DNA of 64,000 nucleotides from a virus (Duplodnaviria; Caudoviricetes): IMG/VR virus record IMGVR_UViG_2806311045_000001, positions 6,218 to 70,217 of that record; one strand, 5' to 3'. Shown piece by piece: positions 18,946 to 27,240 of this stretch (position 1 is its first letter; each line of letters starts with the position of its first letter). The notes under the pieces were generated by a model. It saw only the letters and a program-made list of their open reading frames with translations, ran no database searches and was not told where the DNA came from. The position numbers and the translations under genes were made by a program.

Positions 18946-18975
18946 AGTAACGCGCTGTTCTAGCCGAAAGCCAAG
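18946..18975 (-). promoter_or_regulatory. 30-bp motif copy 2
   Basis: CTTGGCTT-tcggcta-GAACAGCGCGTTACT, 37 nt before 18909. Confidence 0.78.
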
Positions 18976-19011
18976 GCTGGAGCTCAAACGCAACGCAGAC
19001 CAGATCGAGAG

Positions 19012-19041
19012 CTTGGCTCGTGCGGCAGGCAGCGCGTTACT
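19012..19041 (+). promoter_or_regulatory. 30-bp motif copy 3
   Basis: CTTGGCTC-gtgcggc-AGGCAGCGCGTTACT, 34 nt before 19075. Confidence 0.7.
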
Positions 19042-19074
19042 GGTGCCGTCACCACAGCGCCGCGAAGCGCGGCA

Positions 19075-19443
19075 ATGCAAACCATGTATCAAGCGATCAA
19101 CACAACCAACAGAGCAGCCGGCTTCTACGGCACGATGGGCCAGTACGCTGCTGAAGCTTGGCCGCTGGCGATGGCGGCGATCTCGCGGGCAACAGGAGCC
19201 GCGCCGCGAGTGGTGCGGTTTTTCTTGGATAGTGCGCACGGGGAGCGGTTTGGTGAAGACCTGCTCACTGCCCTCGCACTGGGGCTGCAGAGGGCCATCG
19301 ACCACGTGACCGAGGAATGGATGGCCCGCGCGGTGGATGAGCAGACCGCCAAGACCTGCGGCATTCGTTCCGGCCCGTCCTACCTGAAGAGCCATCTGGT
19401 CGCCAGTGCTGTCGAGGTCAGGCTCCTGGGGGATCTCGCGTAA
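19075..19443 (+). CDS. Small phage protein (paralog B of 18544-18909)
   Basis: GFYG...AAEAWPLAMAAISRATG...VRFFLDSAHGERF. Confidence 0.72.
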   Translation: MQTMYQAINTTNRAAGFYGTMGQYAAEAWPLAMAAISRATGAAPRVVRFFLDSAHGERFGEDLLTALALGLQRAIDHVTEEWMARAVDEQTAKTCGIRSGPSYLKSHLVASAVEVRLLGDLA

Positions 19444-19595
19444 CACCCCGCCTATTGCGCAGCGTGCGGGCACTGTGCCCCGCATGCTGTGTGGCGCGGC
19501 GACGCACTCACAGCGTGGCACCTAGCGCGCGCGCCGCTGCTTCGCGCCAGCACGGAAACCGCCCAGGAGGGCGGCACCGCAATGCAGCAGGTGGA

Positions 19596-19784
19596 TCAGA
19601 TTTCGGGGTCTTGGGGGTACAGGTCGCCGCTGGTGATATCGGCGACGTAGACGACGTCGCGGAAGTCGCCGGGCTCATCGGCGATGCTGACGCCGCCGAT
19701 GGCGGTGAGCGCGACGCCGTATTTGCGCGTGAGGGCGGTGAGTTCGGTGACGAAAGCGTTGTAGTTGGCGGTGGTGATGTCCAT
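19596..19784 (-). CDS. Small hypothetical protein (62 aa)
   Basis: AAGGA RBS then MDITTANYNAFVTELTALTRKYGV. Confidence 0.7.
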   Translation of the reverse strand: MDITTANYNAFVTELTALTRKYGVALTAIGGVSIADEPGDFRDVVYVADITSGDLYPQDPEI

Positions 19785-19820
19785 GTTGGCGTCCTTGGTT
19801 GATGTCGTTGCGCCACCGGT

Positions 19821-19850
19821 ATGAACGCGCTGTTCGAAGAAGAAGCCAAG
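19821..19850 (-). promoter_or_regulatory. 30-bp motif copy 4
   Basis: CTTGGCTT-cttcttc-GAACAGCGCGTTCAT, 37 nt before 19784; overlapped by hairpin 19838-19868. Confidence 0.8.
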
Positions 19851-19881
19851 CTGTTCCTGGCTTCTTCTCCGTGAGTTGCGA

Positions 19882-20232
19882 TCAGTCGACGCGGGCCACG
19901 TACCGGGCGTAGTCGCTACCCTCCGGATTGACATAAAGGGTGGGGCGGCCGGGCGCGGTGACCTCGATGCAGAGGTAGCTGCCGAGCCTGCCGCCACCCT
20001 TGCCGCGCAGCCAGTCGCGGGACACCAGCAGACCGCTCGCGAAGTCGTCAAATTCAGCGGTGGTGAGTTCCTTGGTCTCGGTGACGTAGACCTCGACGTA
20101 TTCCTTGCCGCGCACCTCGCTCAGGTCAGCCGGCTTGCGGGCGAAGGGCAGGCGCTTATGCAGCTTTTCGGTTTCGATGATCTTGTCGCCGATGACCACA
20201 GTGCAGGGGTTGCGTTTGATGGTGTTGCTCAT
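19882..20232 (-). CDS. Small phage protein (DUF6329-like, tentative)
   Basis: AAGGAG RBS; ...LYVNPEGSDYARYV C-terminus. Confidence 0.68.
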   Translation of the reverse strand: MSNTIKRNPCTVVIGDKIIETEKLHKRLPFARKPADLSEVRGKEYVEVYVTETKELTTAEFDDFASGLLVSRDWLRGKGGGRLGSYLCIEVTAPGRPTLYVNPEGSDYARYVARVD

Positions 20233-20274
20233 GGCGTTCTCCTTGAAGTTGGCGTCGTCAATCACGACAACGAC

Positions 20275-20304
20275 ATGAACGCGCTGTTCCCGCCACAAGC
20301 CAAG
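20275..20304 (-). promoter_or_regulatory. 30-bp motif copy 5
   Basis: CTTGGCTT-gtggcgg-GAACAGCGCGTTCAT, 43 nt before 20232. Confidence 0.8.
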
Positions 20305-20359
20305 CGCTGTCCCCAGCTTCATGCGGAACCGCTGCTCGCGCAGGCGGCCCCGTGCGACA

Positions 20360-20866
20360 TCAAGTGGACTGGTCGGCTTGCTCGGTGCACTCGGATTCGA
20401 TGGAGTAGCGGCGGACCGAGATGATTTTGAAGCCGTGCTGCTTCTTGAGCGGGCCACAAACGGTCGCGATCACGGTATTCGGCTGCCAGCCGGTTGCTTC
20501 ACACATTTCCTGCATCGTGGCGCCTCCGGGCCGGCGCATCAGCTCAACAATGTGGGCTAGCTTGGTGTCCTCGCGCATACGCTGCGGTTTGCGCGTAATC
20601 GCCCGGAACGGTTCGGCTCCGGAGGCGAGGGCAGCGGCCTGCGATGTGTCGAGTTCGAGCATTTCGAACACTCGGTACCCTGCGGGCGTGACCAGCCAGT
20701 CGGTGCCGGACTTGGCAATCAAGGTGCGATTGGCGAGGCCATTGAGCGCGAACAGGCGTGCACCACCTTTGACGGTCTCCGGGAACCAGTCCAGTCGGCC
20801 GTTGGAGTCTTTGATCGCACGGGTCAGGATCGCCCGTTGTGCTGGAGTGAGTGGTTTCGTGATCAT
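20360..20866 (-). CDS. DUF3489-like HTH protein (copy 1)
   Basis: TKLAHIVELMRRPGGATMQEMCEATGWQPNTV. Confidence 0.78.
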   Translation of the reverse strand: MITKPLTPAQRAILTRAIKDSNGRLDWFPETVKGGARLFALNGLANRTLIAKSGTDWLVTPAGYRVFEMLELDTSQAAALASGAEPFRAITRKPQRMREDTKLAHIVELMRRPGGATMQEMCEATGWQPNTVIATVCGPLKKQHGFKIISVRRYSIESECTEQADQST

Positions 20867-20901
20867 GCGTTGCTCCTTTGAGATGGTTTGATCGTGACGT
20901 G

Positions 20902-20931
20902 ATGAACGCGCTGTTCGAGGTACAAGCCAAG
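20902..20931 (-). promoter_or_regulatory. 30-bp motif copy 6
   Basis: CTTGGCTT-gtacctc-GAACAGCGCGTTCAT, 36 nt before 20866. Confidence 0.8.
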
Positions 20932-20948
20932 AGTTGTTTGCGGCATCA

Positions 20949-20981
20949 CGCGGGCCCGCTGACATCGCAGTCGGGCCCGCG
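20949..20981 (-). terminator. GC-rich hairpin after DUF3489 copy 2
   Basis: CGCGGGCCC...GGGCCCGCG 9-bp arms; no clear U tract. Confidence 0.45.
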
Positions 20982-20986
20982 CGACA

Positions 20987-21502
20987 TCAAGCCGACTGGT
21001 CGGCCTGCACGCCATCCGTAGCTTCGATCCGATAGACGCGTTCGCCGCCGGCCGACTTCTCGGAGACGATGATCAGGCCGAGCCGCTTCTTGAAGGTGCC
21101 GGCGAACGCGCCGCGCACGGTGTGGGCTTGCCAGCCGGTCGCCTTGCAGATCTCGCCGATCGTTGCGCCTTCGGGATGACGGAGCATCGCGATCACCTGG
21201 GCTTGTTTGCTGTTCTCACGCGTGCGTGGCGCCTTTCGTGCGTCCTTGCTCTGTGCTTCTGCGTCGCCGGCGGGTTCGTCTGGCTGCGGTGCGTCGAGGC
21301 CCAGCGCGCCATAGCCCTGGGCTGAGACAAGCCATTCGGTACCCGCAGCCGCGATAAGGGCGCGCTTGGCGAGGCTGTCGACAACCTTCTTGCGCGCGCC
21401 GCCCTTGATGTTGTCGGGGAACCATTCGATCTTGCCACCGGTGTGATGGATGGCGTAGGCGAGGATGGCGTGCTGTGCCGGGGTCAGTTGTTGCGTGGTC
21501 AT
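20987..21502 (-). CDS. DUF3489-like HTH protein (copy 2)
   Basis: RENSKQAQVIAMLRHPEGATIGEICKATGWQAHTVRGAFAGTFKKRLGL. Confidence 0.85.
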   Translation of the reverse strand: MTTQQLTPAQHAILAYAIHHTGGKIEWFPDNIKGGARKKVVDSLAKRALIAAAGTEWLVSAQGYGALGLDAPQPDEPAGDAEAQSKDARKAPRTRENSKQAQVIAMLRHPEGATIGEICKATGWQAHTVRGAFAGTFKKRLGLIIVSEKSAGGERVYRIEATDGVQADQSA

Positions 21503-21537
21503 GTGTTGCTCCTTCGAGGTGGTTTGAACGTGGTGTG

Positions 21538-21567
21538 ATGAACGCGCTGTGCGGGGAAGAAGCCAAG
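21538..21567 (-). promoter_or_regulatory. 30-bp motif copy 7
   Basis: CTTGGCTT-cttcccc-GCACAGCGCGTTCAT, 36 nt before 21502. Confidence 0.8.
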
Positions 21568-21606
21568 CGCTTTCGTTGGAGAGGCGGGTGGTCCCGCCCC
21601 CAGCTG

Positions 21607-21867
21607 TCAGTCTTTCTCTTCGTCTTCGCCGCTCTCGATTTCCTCGATGGTGTCCAGCAGGGTGCATCCCGATCTGCCGAGATAGCCGTGGTCGTCGGAG
21701 ATCGCCATCGTGAGGTGCGCAATCCAGTAGTCCTCGGCGCGATCCAGTGCGCTGCTGAATCCGCCTGCTTTCAGCAGGCCGCGCGCGTTCTCGATCAGTT
21801 CGAGCATCTGTTGCTGGATTTCGGTCAGCTCTTCGACCACATCGTTTCGGGTCAGGGTGTCGCTCAT
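21607..21867 (-). CDS. Small acidic hypothetical protein
   Basis: GGAG RBS; MSDTLTRNDVVEELTEIQQQMLELIE. Confidence 0.7.
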   Translation of the reverse strand: MSDTLTRNDVVEELTEIQQQMLELIENARGLLKAGGFSSALDRAEDYWIAHLTMAISDDHGYLGRSGCTLLDTIEEIESGEDEEKD

Positions 21868-21903
21868 CGTTTGCTCCGGTTGAGGTGTTGTGTTGATGGG
21901 CAC

Positions 21904-21933
21904 ATGAACGCGCTGTGCTGCACAGAAGCCAAG
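21904..21933 (-). promoter_or_regulatory. 30-bp motif copy 8
   Basis: CTTGGCTT-ctgtgca-GCACAGCGCGTTCAT, 37 nt before 21867. Confidence 0.8.
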
Positions 21934-21964
21934 CGCCGTCCGCAAAGGAACACGCAAGATTCAG

Positions 21965-22501
21965 ATGGGAATTTCAATTCGCGCCTATGCACGGCATCGA
22001 GGCGTGTCAGACGCCGCCGTGCGCAAGGCAATCGCCGCCGGGCGCATCACGCCGGAATCGGACGGCACCATTGATACGGACCGCGCCGATGCCGAATGGG
22101 CACGCAATACCGAAGCGCCGCGCAACGGCACGCGCACACGGCCCGTCAGGGCCGCCGTGCCGCAGGAGGGTGGGCAGACCCAGGACGGCCCGGCATCGTC
22201 GCCCACAGGCGGCGCGTCGCTGCTGCAGGCCCGCACCGTCAACGAGGTGGTCAAGGCGCAAACCAACAAGGTCCGCCTGGCCCGCCTTAAAGGCGAGCTG
22301 GTCGACCGCTCGCAGGCCATCGCCCACGTCTTCAAGCTGGCGCGTGCCGAGCGCGATGCGTGGCTGAACTGGCCGGCGCGGGTCTCCGCGCAGATGGCTG
22401 CGGCCCTGGGCATCGATCCGCACACGATGCACGTCGCGCTGGAGTCCGCCGTGCGTGAACACCTGCAGGAGCTGGGCGAGCTGCGCCCGCGCGTGGATTG
22501 A
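21965..22501 (+). CDS. Terminase small subunit
   Basis: N-terminal HTH SIRAYARHRGVSDAAVRKAI; directly precedes large terminase. Confidence 0.82.
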   Translation: MGISIRAYARHRGVSDAAVRKAIAAGRITPESDGTIDTDRADAEWARNTEAPRNGTRTRPVRAAVPQEGGQTQDGPASSPTGGASLLQARTVNEVVKAQTNKVRLARLKGELVDRSQAIAHVFKLARAERDAWLNWPARVSAQMAAALGIDPHTMHVALESAVREHLQELGELRPRVD

Positions 22502-24483
22502 TGCTGGATGCGGATTACGAAGGCGCCGCCGAGCTCGAGCGCGCCTGGCGTGAAGGATTGACGCCCGATCCGCTGCTCACCGTCTCCGAGTGGTCAGACC
22601 GCCATCGCATGCTGTCGAGCAAGGCGTCGGCCGAGCCCGGGCGCTGGCGTACCGGCCGCACGCCGTACCTGCGCGCGATCATGGATTGCCTGTCGCCGAC
22701 CTCGCCCATCGAGCGGGTCGTCTTCATGAAGGCCGCACAGCTGGGCGCCACCGAGATGGGGTCGAACTGGATCGGCTACGTGATCCACCACGCGCCGGGT
22801 CCCATGATGGCCGTCTGGCCGACCGTGGAGATGGCCAAGCGCAACTCCAAGCAGCGGATCGATCCGCTGATCGAGGAGTCGGCGGTGCTGGCCGAGCGCA
22901 TCGCACCGGCGCGCTCGCGCGACTCGGGCAACACCATCCTCGCCAAGGAGTTCCGGGGTGGCGTGCTGGTCATGACTGGTGCCAACAGCGCCGTGGGTTT
23001 GCGCTCGATGCCGGTGCGGTACCTGTTCCTCGATGAGGTGGACGGCTACCCGTTGGACGTCGAGGGCGAAGGCGATGCGATCTCGCTTGCTGAAGCCCGG
23101 ACCCGGACGTTTGCGCGCCGCAAGATCTTCATCGTGTCGACGCCGACGATTGCCGGTGCCAGCACCATCGAACGAGAATACGACGCGTCCGATCAGCGCC
23201 GCTACTTCGTGCCATGCCCGCACTGCGACCACCGCCAATGGCTGCGCTTCGAGCAGCTGCGCTGGACCAAGGGTGAGCCTGAGACGGCCGCGTACATCTG
23301 CGAAGCCTGTTTCGAGCCCATCCATGAGCACCACAAGGCGTGGATGCTGGCGCAGGGCGAATGGCGGGCGATGGTGGAAGCCGGCGGCCGCACGGCCGGG
23401 TTCCACTTGTCCTCACTCTACAGCCCGGTGGGCTGGCGCAGCTGGCGCGAGATCGCCGCGGCCTGGGAGAGCGCGGTAAGCAAGGAGAGCGGGTCGGCGG
23501 CGGCGATCAAGACCTTCCGCAACACCGAACTGGGCGAGACCTGGGTCGAGGAGGGCGAGGCACCGGACTGGCAGCGCCTGCTGGAGCGTCGCGAGGACTA
23601 TCCCATCGGCACTGTGCCGGCGGGCGGCCTGTTGCTCTCGGCTGGCGCCGACGTGCAGCGGGATCGCATCGAGGTGTCGGTCTGGGCGTTCGGGCGAGGC
23701 AAGGAAGCGTGGCTGGTAGAGCACCGCGTGCTGATGGGCGATACCACCCGCGACGCGGTGTGGAAGCGGCTCGCCGAGTTGGTCGAAGAGCAGTGGACGC
23801 ACGCCAGTGGTGCGACGATGCCGCTCGCCCGTCTGGCGCTCGACACCGGCTTCGCTACGCAGGAAAGCTATGCCTTCGTGCGCGCCTGCGGCGATGCGCG
23901 TGTGATGGCGGTCAAGGGCACAGCACGCGGCGCCGCGCTGATCGGCACGCCGAAGGCGGTCGACGTCACCCGCAACGGCAAGAAATTGCGCCGGGGCATC
24001 AAGCTTTTCACGGTGACAGTCAGCATTGCCAAGCTGGAGTTCTACAACAACCTGCGCAAGGCTGCGGACGTGGCAGAAGATAACTCGAGCATCGCGTTCC
24101 CGACCGGGTTTGTGCACTTGCCCAAGATCGATGCGGAGTTCCTGCAGCAGCTGTGCGCCGAGCAGCTGATCACCCGCCGTGACCGGAACGGCTTCCCGAT
24201 CCGCGAATGGCAAAAGATGCGCGAGCGCAACGAGGCGCTCGACTGCTACGTGTACGCACGGGCGGCCGCGAGCGCCGCCGGGCTCGACCGCTTCGAGGAG
24301 CGCCACTGGCGCGAGCTGGAGCGGCAACTGGGGCTGGCGCCGCCGCCCGATACGCCACTGAGAACCGAATCGCTTGTTTCCCCTGATGCCACCCCTAGCG
24401 GTGGCATCGCCGTTTCTGGGACCCCTCCAGGGGCCCGTCGAGCCGGCCGGCGCGTGATCAAGAGCCGCTGGCTGTCGTCCTGA
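22498..24483 (+). CDS. Terminase large subunit, lambda GpA family
   Basis: KAAQLGATE Walker A variant, YLFLDEVD Walker B, STPT, ERNEALDC. Confidence 0.95.
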   Translation: MMLDADYEGAAELERAWREGLTPDPLLTVSEWSDRHRMLSSKASAEPGRWRTGRTPYLRAIMDCLSPTSPIERVVFMKAAQLGATEMGSNWIGYVIHHAPGPMMAVWPTVEMAKRNSKQRIDPLIEESAVLAERIAPARSRDSGNTILAKEFRGGVLVMTGANSAVGLRSMPVRYLFLDEVDGYPLDVEGEGDAISLAEARTRTFARRKIFIVSTPTIAGASTIEREYDASDQRRYFVPCPHCDHRQWLRFEQLRWTKGEPETAAYICEACFEPIHEHHKAWMLAQGEWRAMVEAGGRTAGFHLSSLYSPVGWRSWREIAAAWESAVSKESGSAAAIKTFRNTELGETWVEEGEAPDWQRLLERREDYPIGTVPAGGLLLSAGADVQRDRIEVSVWAFGRGKEAWLVEHRVLMGDTTRDAVWKRLAELVEEQWTHASGATMPLARLALDTGFATQESYAFVRACGDARVMAVKGTARGAALIGTPKAVDVTRNGKKLRRGIKLFTVTVSIAKLEFYNNLRKAADVAEDNSSIAFPTGFVHLPKIDAEFLQQLCAEQLITRRDRNGFPIREWQKMRERNEALDCYVYARAAASAAGLDRFEERHWRELERQLGLAPPPDTPLRTESLVSPDATPSGGIAVSGTPPGARRAGRRVIKSRWLSS

Positions 24484-24526
24484 GCACCCCGGTGCTCCTC
24501 ATCCTGTTACCCGGAGTTCATCCCCC

Positions 24527-25036
24527 ATGAGTTTGCAGACTCGCATCGAATCCCTCGTCCTGCGTTTGGCGTCGGAGTTCAAGACCATCCACGACCAGGT
24601 CGGCACGCTCTCCCGGCTGTCGACCACCGACAAGACCAGTCTGGTCTCGGCGATCAACGAGTTGCGCGCGCAGTTCGACAAGATTGCCAGCGCCACGCTG
24701 ATCGATGACGCCAACGCGGCGGGCACTGCGACCACCTTCTCGGCCTCCAAGATCACCGGCCTGCTGGACGCGCTCAAGGCCGACCTGCTGGGCGGCGCCG
24801 ACGCGGCCTTCGACACGCTCAAGGAGCTGCAGGAGGCGATCCTCAAGGACCAGACCGGCATCGCCGCGCTGCTGGCCGCCGTGGACCGCCGAGTGCGCTT
24901 CGACGCCGCGCAGGCGCTGACCGCCGACGAACAGGCACAGGCCCGCCAGAACATCGGCGCGGTCGCCGCCAGCGCCATCGGCGACCCCGAGACCGACTTC
25001 GTGCCGGCCTTCGAGGCGGCTCTGACCGGCGCCTGA
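24527..25036 (+). CDS. Hypothetical virion protein, fibre-like motifs
   Basis: DTLKELQEAI and QALTADEQAQARQNIGA resemble fibre-shaft motifs. Confidence 0.65.
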   Translation: MSLQTRIESLVLRLASEFKTIHDQVGTLSRLSTTDKTSLVSAINELRAQFDKIASATLIDDANAAGTATTFSASKITGLLDALKADLLGGADAAFDTLKELQEAILKDQTGIAALLAAVDRRVRFDAAQALTADEQAQARQNIGAVAASAIGDPETDFVPAFEAALTGA

Positions 25037-25046
25037 TCCGGCGTCC

Positions 25047-25439
25047 ATGTCGCTGACCGGACACATCGCCGAGCTCGCCGCTGCGATTGCTCAGGAGATC
25101 CGCGCCCGTATCACGGCGGATCACCCGGGCTTGGCCCGCGCCTGGGTGTGCTTTGGCACGGAAGGCGACCAGGCGGTGATCCGGTCGGCATTCAACGTCG
25201 ACAGCGTCACGCGCGTCGCTACTGGCAAGTACCGCGTGGTCTTCGCCGAGCCGATGCCCGACGACAGCTACTGCTGGCTGGCCTTTGCCCGCAACGCGGG
25301 CCGCCAGTCGTCCATGAAGGCTGCCGCCGCCCGCGTGCGCGCCGAGGCCAAGACCGAGGCGTTTGTAGAGGTCATCTGCACGACCGCCGCCGGAACGCTA
25401 TCGGACACGTCTGAATTCAACCTGATGGTTTACCGCTGA
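25047..25439 (+). CDS. Hypothetical virion protein, fibre-tip-like
   Basis: AWVCF...IRSAFNVDSVTRVATGKYRVVF. Confidence 0.65.
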   Translation: MSLTGHIAELAAAIAQEIRARITADHPGLARAWVCFGTEGDQAVIRSAFNVDSVTRVATGKYRVVFAEPMPDDSYCWLAFARNAGRQSSMKAAAARVRAEAKTEAFVEVICTTAAGTLSDTSEFNLMVYR

Positions 25440-25661
25440 ATGGCATATACCGAAGCGCAGCTGCAAGCGCTGGAGGCCGCGCTCGCCAAGGGAGAGCGCC
25501 GGGTCACCTTCCAAGACAAATCCGTCGAGTACCGCACGGTCGATGAGCTCAAGATCGCGATCCGCGAGGTCCGGCGCGGTCTGTTCGAGCAGGCCGCCGA
25601 AACCGGCCTGTGGCCGGGCGCCCCGCGCCAGATCCGCGTGACGACCGGCAAAGGCTTTTGA
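25440..25661 (+). CDS. gpW-like head-tail joining protein
   Basis: 73 aa, LEAALAKGERRVTF..KSVEYRT, immediately before portal. Confidence 0.8.
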   Translation: MAYTEAQLQALEAALAKGERRVTFQDKSVEYRTVDELKIAIREVRRGLFEQAAETGLWPGAPRQIRVTTGKGF

Positions 25662-27229
25662 TGGCTCGGGCTGTATCTCGACCCTCTGGCCGAGTATCTG
25701 GCGGCTGGTTCGGCCGGATCCGAAGCCTGTTCGGCCAGGCGCCGGTCCACGAGGCCGCCGGCCGGGGTAGGCGATCGCTAGCCTGGCGGCCCGGCAATCC
25801 GGGTGCCGTGGCGGCGTTGCTCGCCAGCGGCGAAGACCTGCGCATCAAGAGCCGGGATCTGGTCCGGCGCAACGCTTGGGCGCAAGCCGGCATCGAGGCG
25901 TTCGTCGCCAACGCGGTCGGCACCGGCATCAAGCCACAGAGCCTGTCCACCGACGATGCCTTCAAGGCCGACGTGCAGGCGCTGTGGCGGGACTGGACGG
26001 CAGAAGCCGACGCCGCCGGTCAGACCGACTTCTACGGTCTGCAGGCGCTGGCCTGCCGCGCAATGCTCGAAGGCGGCGAGTGCCTGATCCGGCTGCGCCC
26101 GCGACGCCCCGAGGATGGCCTGACCGTGCCGCTGCAGCTTCAACTGCTGGAGGCAGAGCACCTGCCGATGACCCTGAACGTCGACCTGCCGCCAACCGCA
26201 GGGGCCTCCGGCCCGGGCAACGTAGTGCGCTCGGGCATCGAGTTCGACGGCCTGGGCCGGCGCGTGGCCTACCACCTGTACCGCTCGCATCCGGACGATG
26301 GCCGGTTGGCGCCGATGTCGGGGCAGGGCGGGCTCGATACCGTGCGGGTCGACGCGAGCGAGATCATCCACCTGTACCGCGTGCTGCGTCCGGGCCAGAT
26401 CCGGGGCGAGCCGTGGCTGTCGCGGGCGCTGGTCAAGTTGTACGAGCTCGACCAGTACGACGACGCCGAGCTGGTGCGCAAGAAGACCGCCGCCATGTTC
26501 GCGGGCTTCGTCACGCGCCAGAGCCCCGAGGACAACCTGATGGGTGAGGGTTTGCCGGACGAGGCCGGGATCTCGCTGGTGGGGCTCGAGCCGGGGACGC
26601 TGCAGATTCTGGAGCCGGGCGAGGACATCAAGTTTTCCGATCCGGCCGATGTCGGCGGCTCCTATGGCGAGTTCCTGCGCACGCAGTTCCGCGCGGTGGC
26701 CGCAGCGCTTGGCATCACCTACGAGCAACTGACTGGCGACCTGACCGGTGTCAACTACTCGTCCATCCGCGCGGGGCTGCTGGAGTTCCGCCGCCGTTGC
26801 GAGATGGTGCAGCACAGCGTGCTGGTGCACCAGCTGTGCCGCCCGGTGTGGGCTGCCTGGATGAAACAGGCGGTGCTCTCCGGCGCGTTGGTCGCCCCCG
26901 GCTTCGCGCGCGGCGGAGCGGCTCGCCGGCGCCAGTACCTGCAGGTGAAGTGGATCCCACAGGGCTGGCAGTGGGTCGACCCCGAGAAGGAGTTCAAGGC
27001 GATGCTGCTGGCCATCCGTGCCGGCCTGATGAGCCGCTCGGAAGCCATCTCGACCTTCGGCTATGACGCCGAGGACATTGATCGCGAGATCGCCGCCGAC
27101 AACGCCCGCGCCGACGAACTCGGCCTCGTCTTCGATTCCGACCCGCGCCATACCGCCAAGGACGGCGCTGCCGCAACACCCCGCACCGACTCGAACGCGA
27201 ACGCCGGCGAGTCCGTCGCTACAGCCTGA
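25661..27229 (+). CDS. Portal protein, lambda family
   Basis: RIKSRDLVRRNAWA, DLTGVNYSSIRAGLLEFRR, WVDPEKE. Confidence 0.95.
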   Translation: MARAVSRPSGRVSGGWFGRIRSLFGQAPVHEAAGRGRRSLAWRPGNPGAVAALLASGEDLRIKSRDLVRRNAWAQAGIEAFVANAVGTGIKPQSLSTDDAFKADVQALWRDWTAEADAAGQTDFYGLQALACRAMLEGGECLIRLRPRRPEDGLTVPLQLQLLEAEHLPMTLNVDLPPTAGASGPGNVVRSGIEFDGLGRRVAYHLYRSHPDDGRLAPMSGQGGLDTVRVDASEIIHLYRVLRPGQIRGEPWLSRALVKLYELDQYDDAELVRKKTAAMFAGFVTRQSPEDNLMGEGLPDEAGISLVGLEPGTLQILEPGEDIKFSDPADVGGSYGEFLRTQFRAVAAALGITYEQLTGDLTGVNYSSIRAGLLEFRRRCEMVQHSVLVHQLCRPVWAAWMKQAVLSGALVAPGFARGGAARRRQYLQVKWIPQGWQWVDPEKEFKAMLLAIRAGLMSRSEAISTFGYDAEDIDREIAADNARADELGLVFDSDPRHTAKDGAAATPRTDSNANAGESVATA

Positions 27230-27240
27230 CGTTTTTTCCC

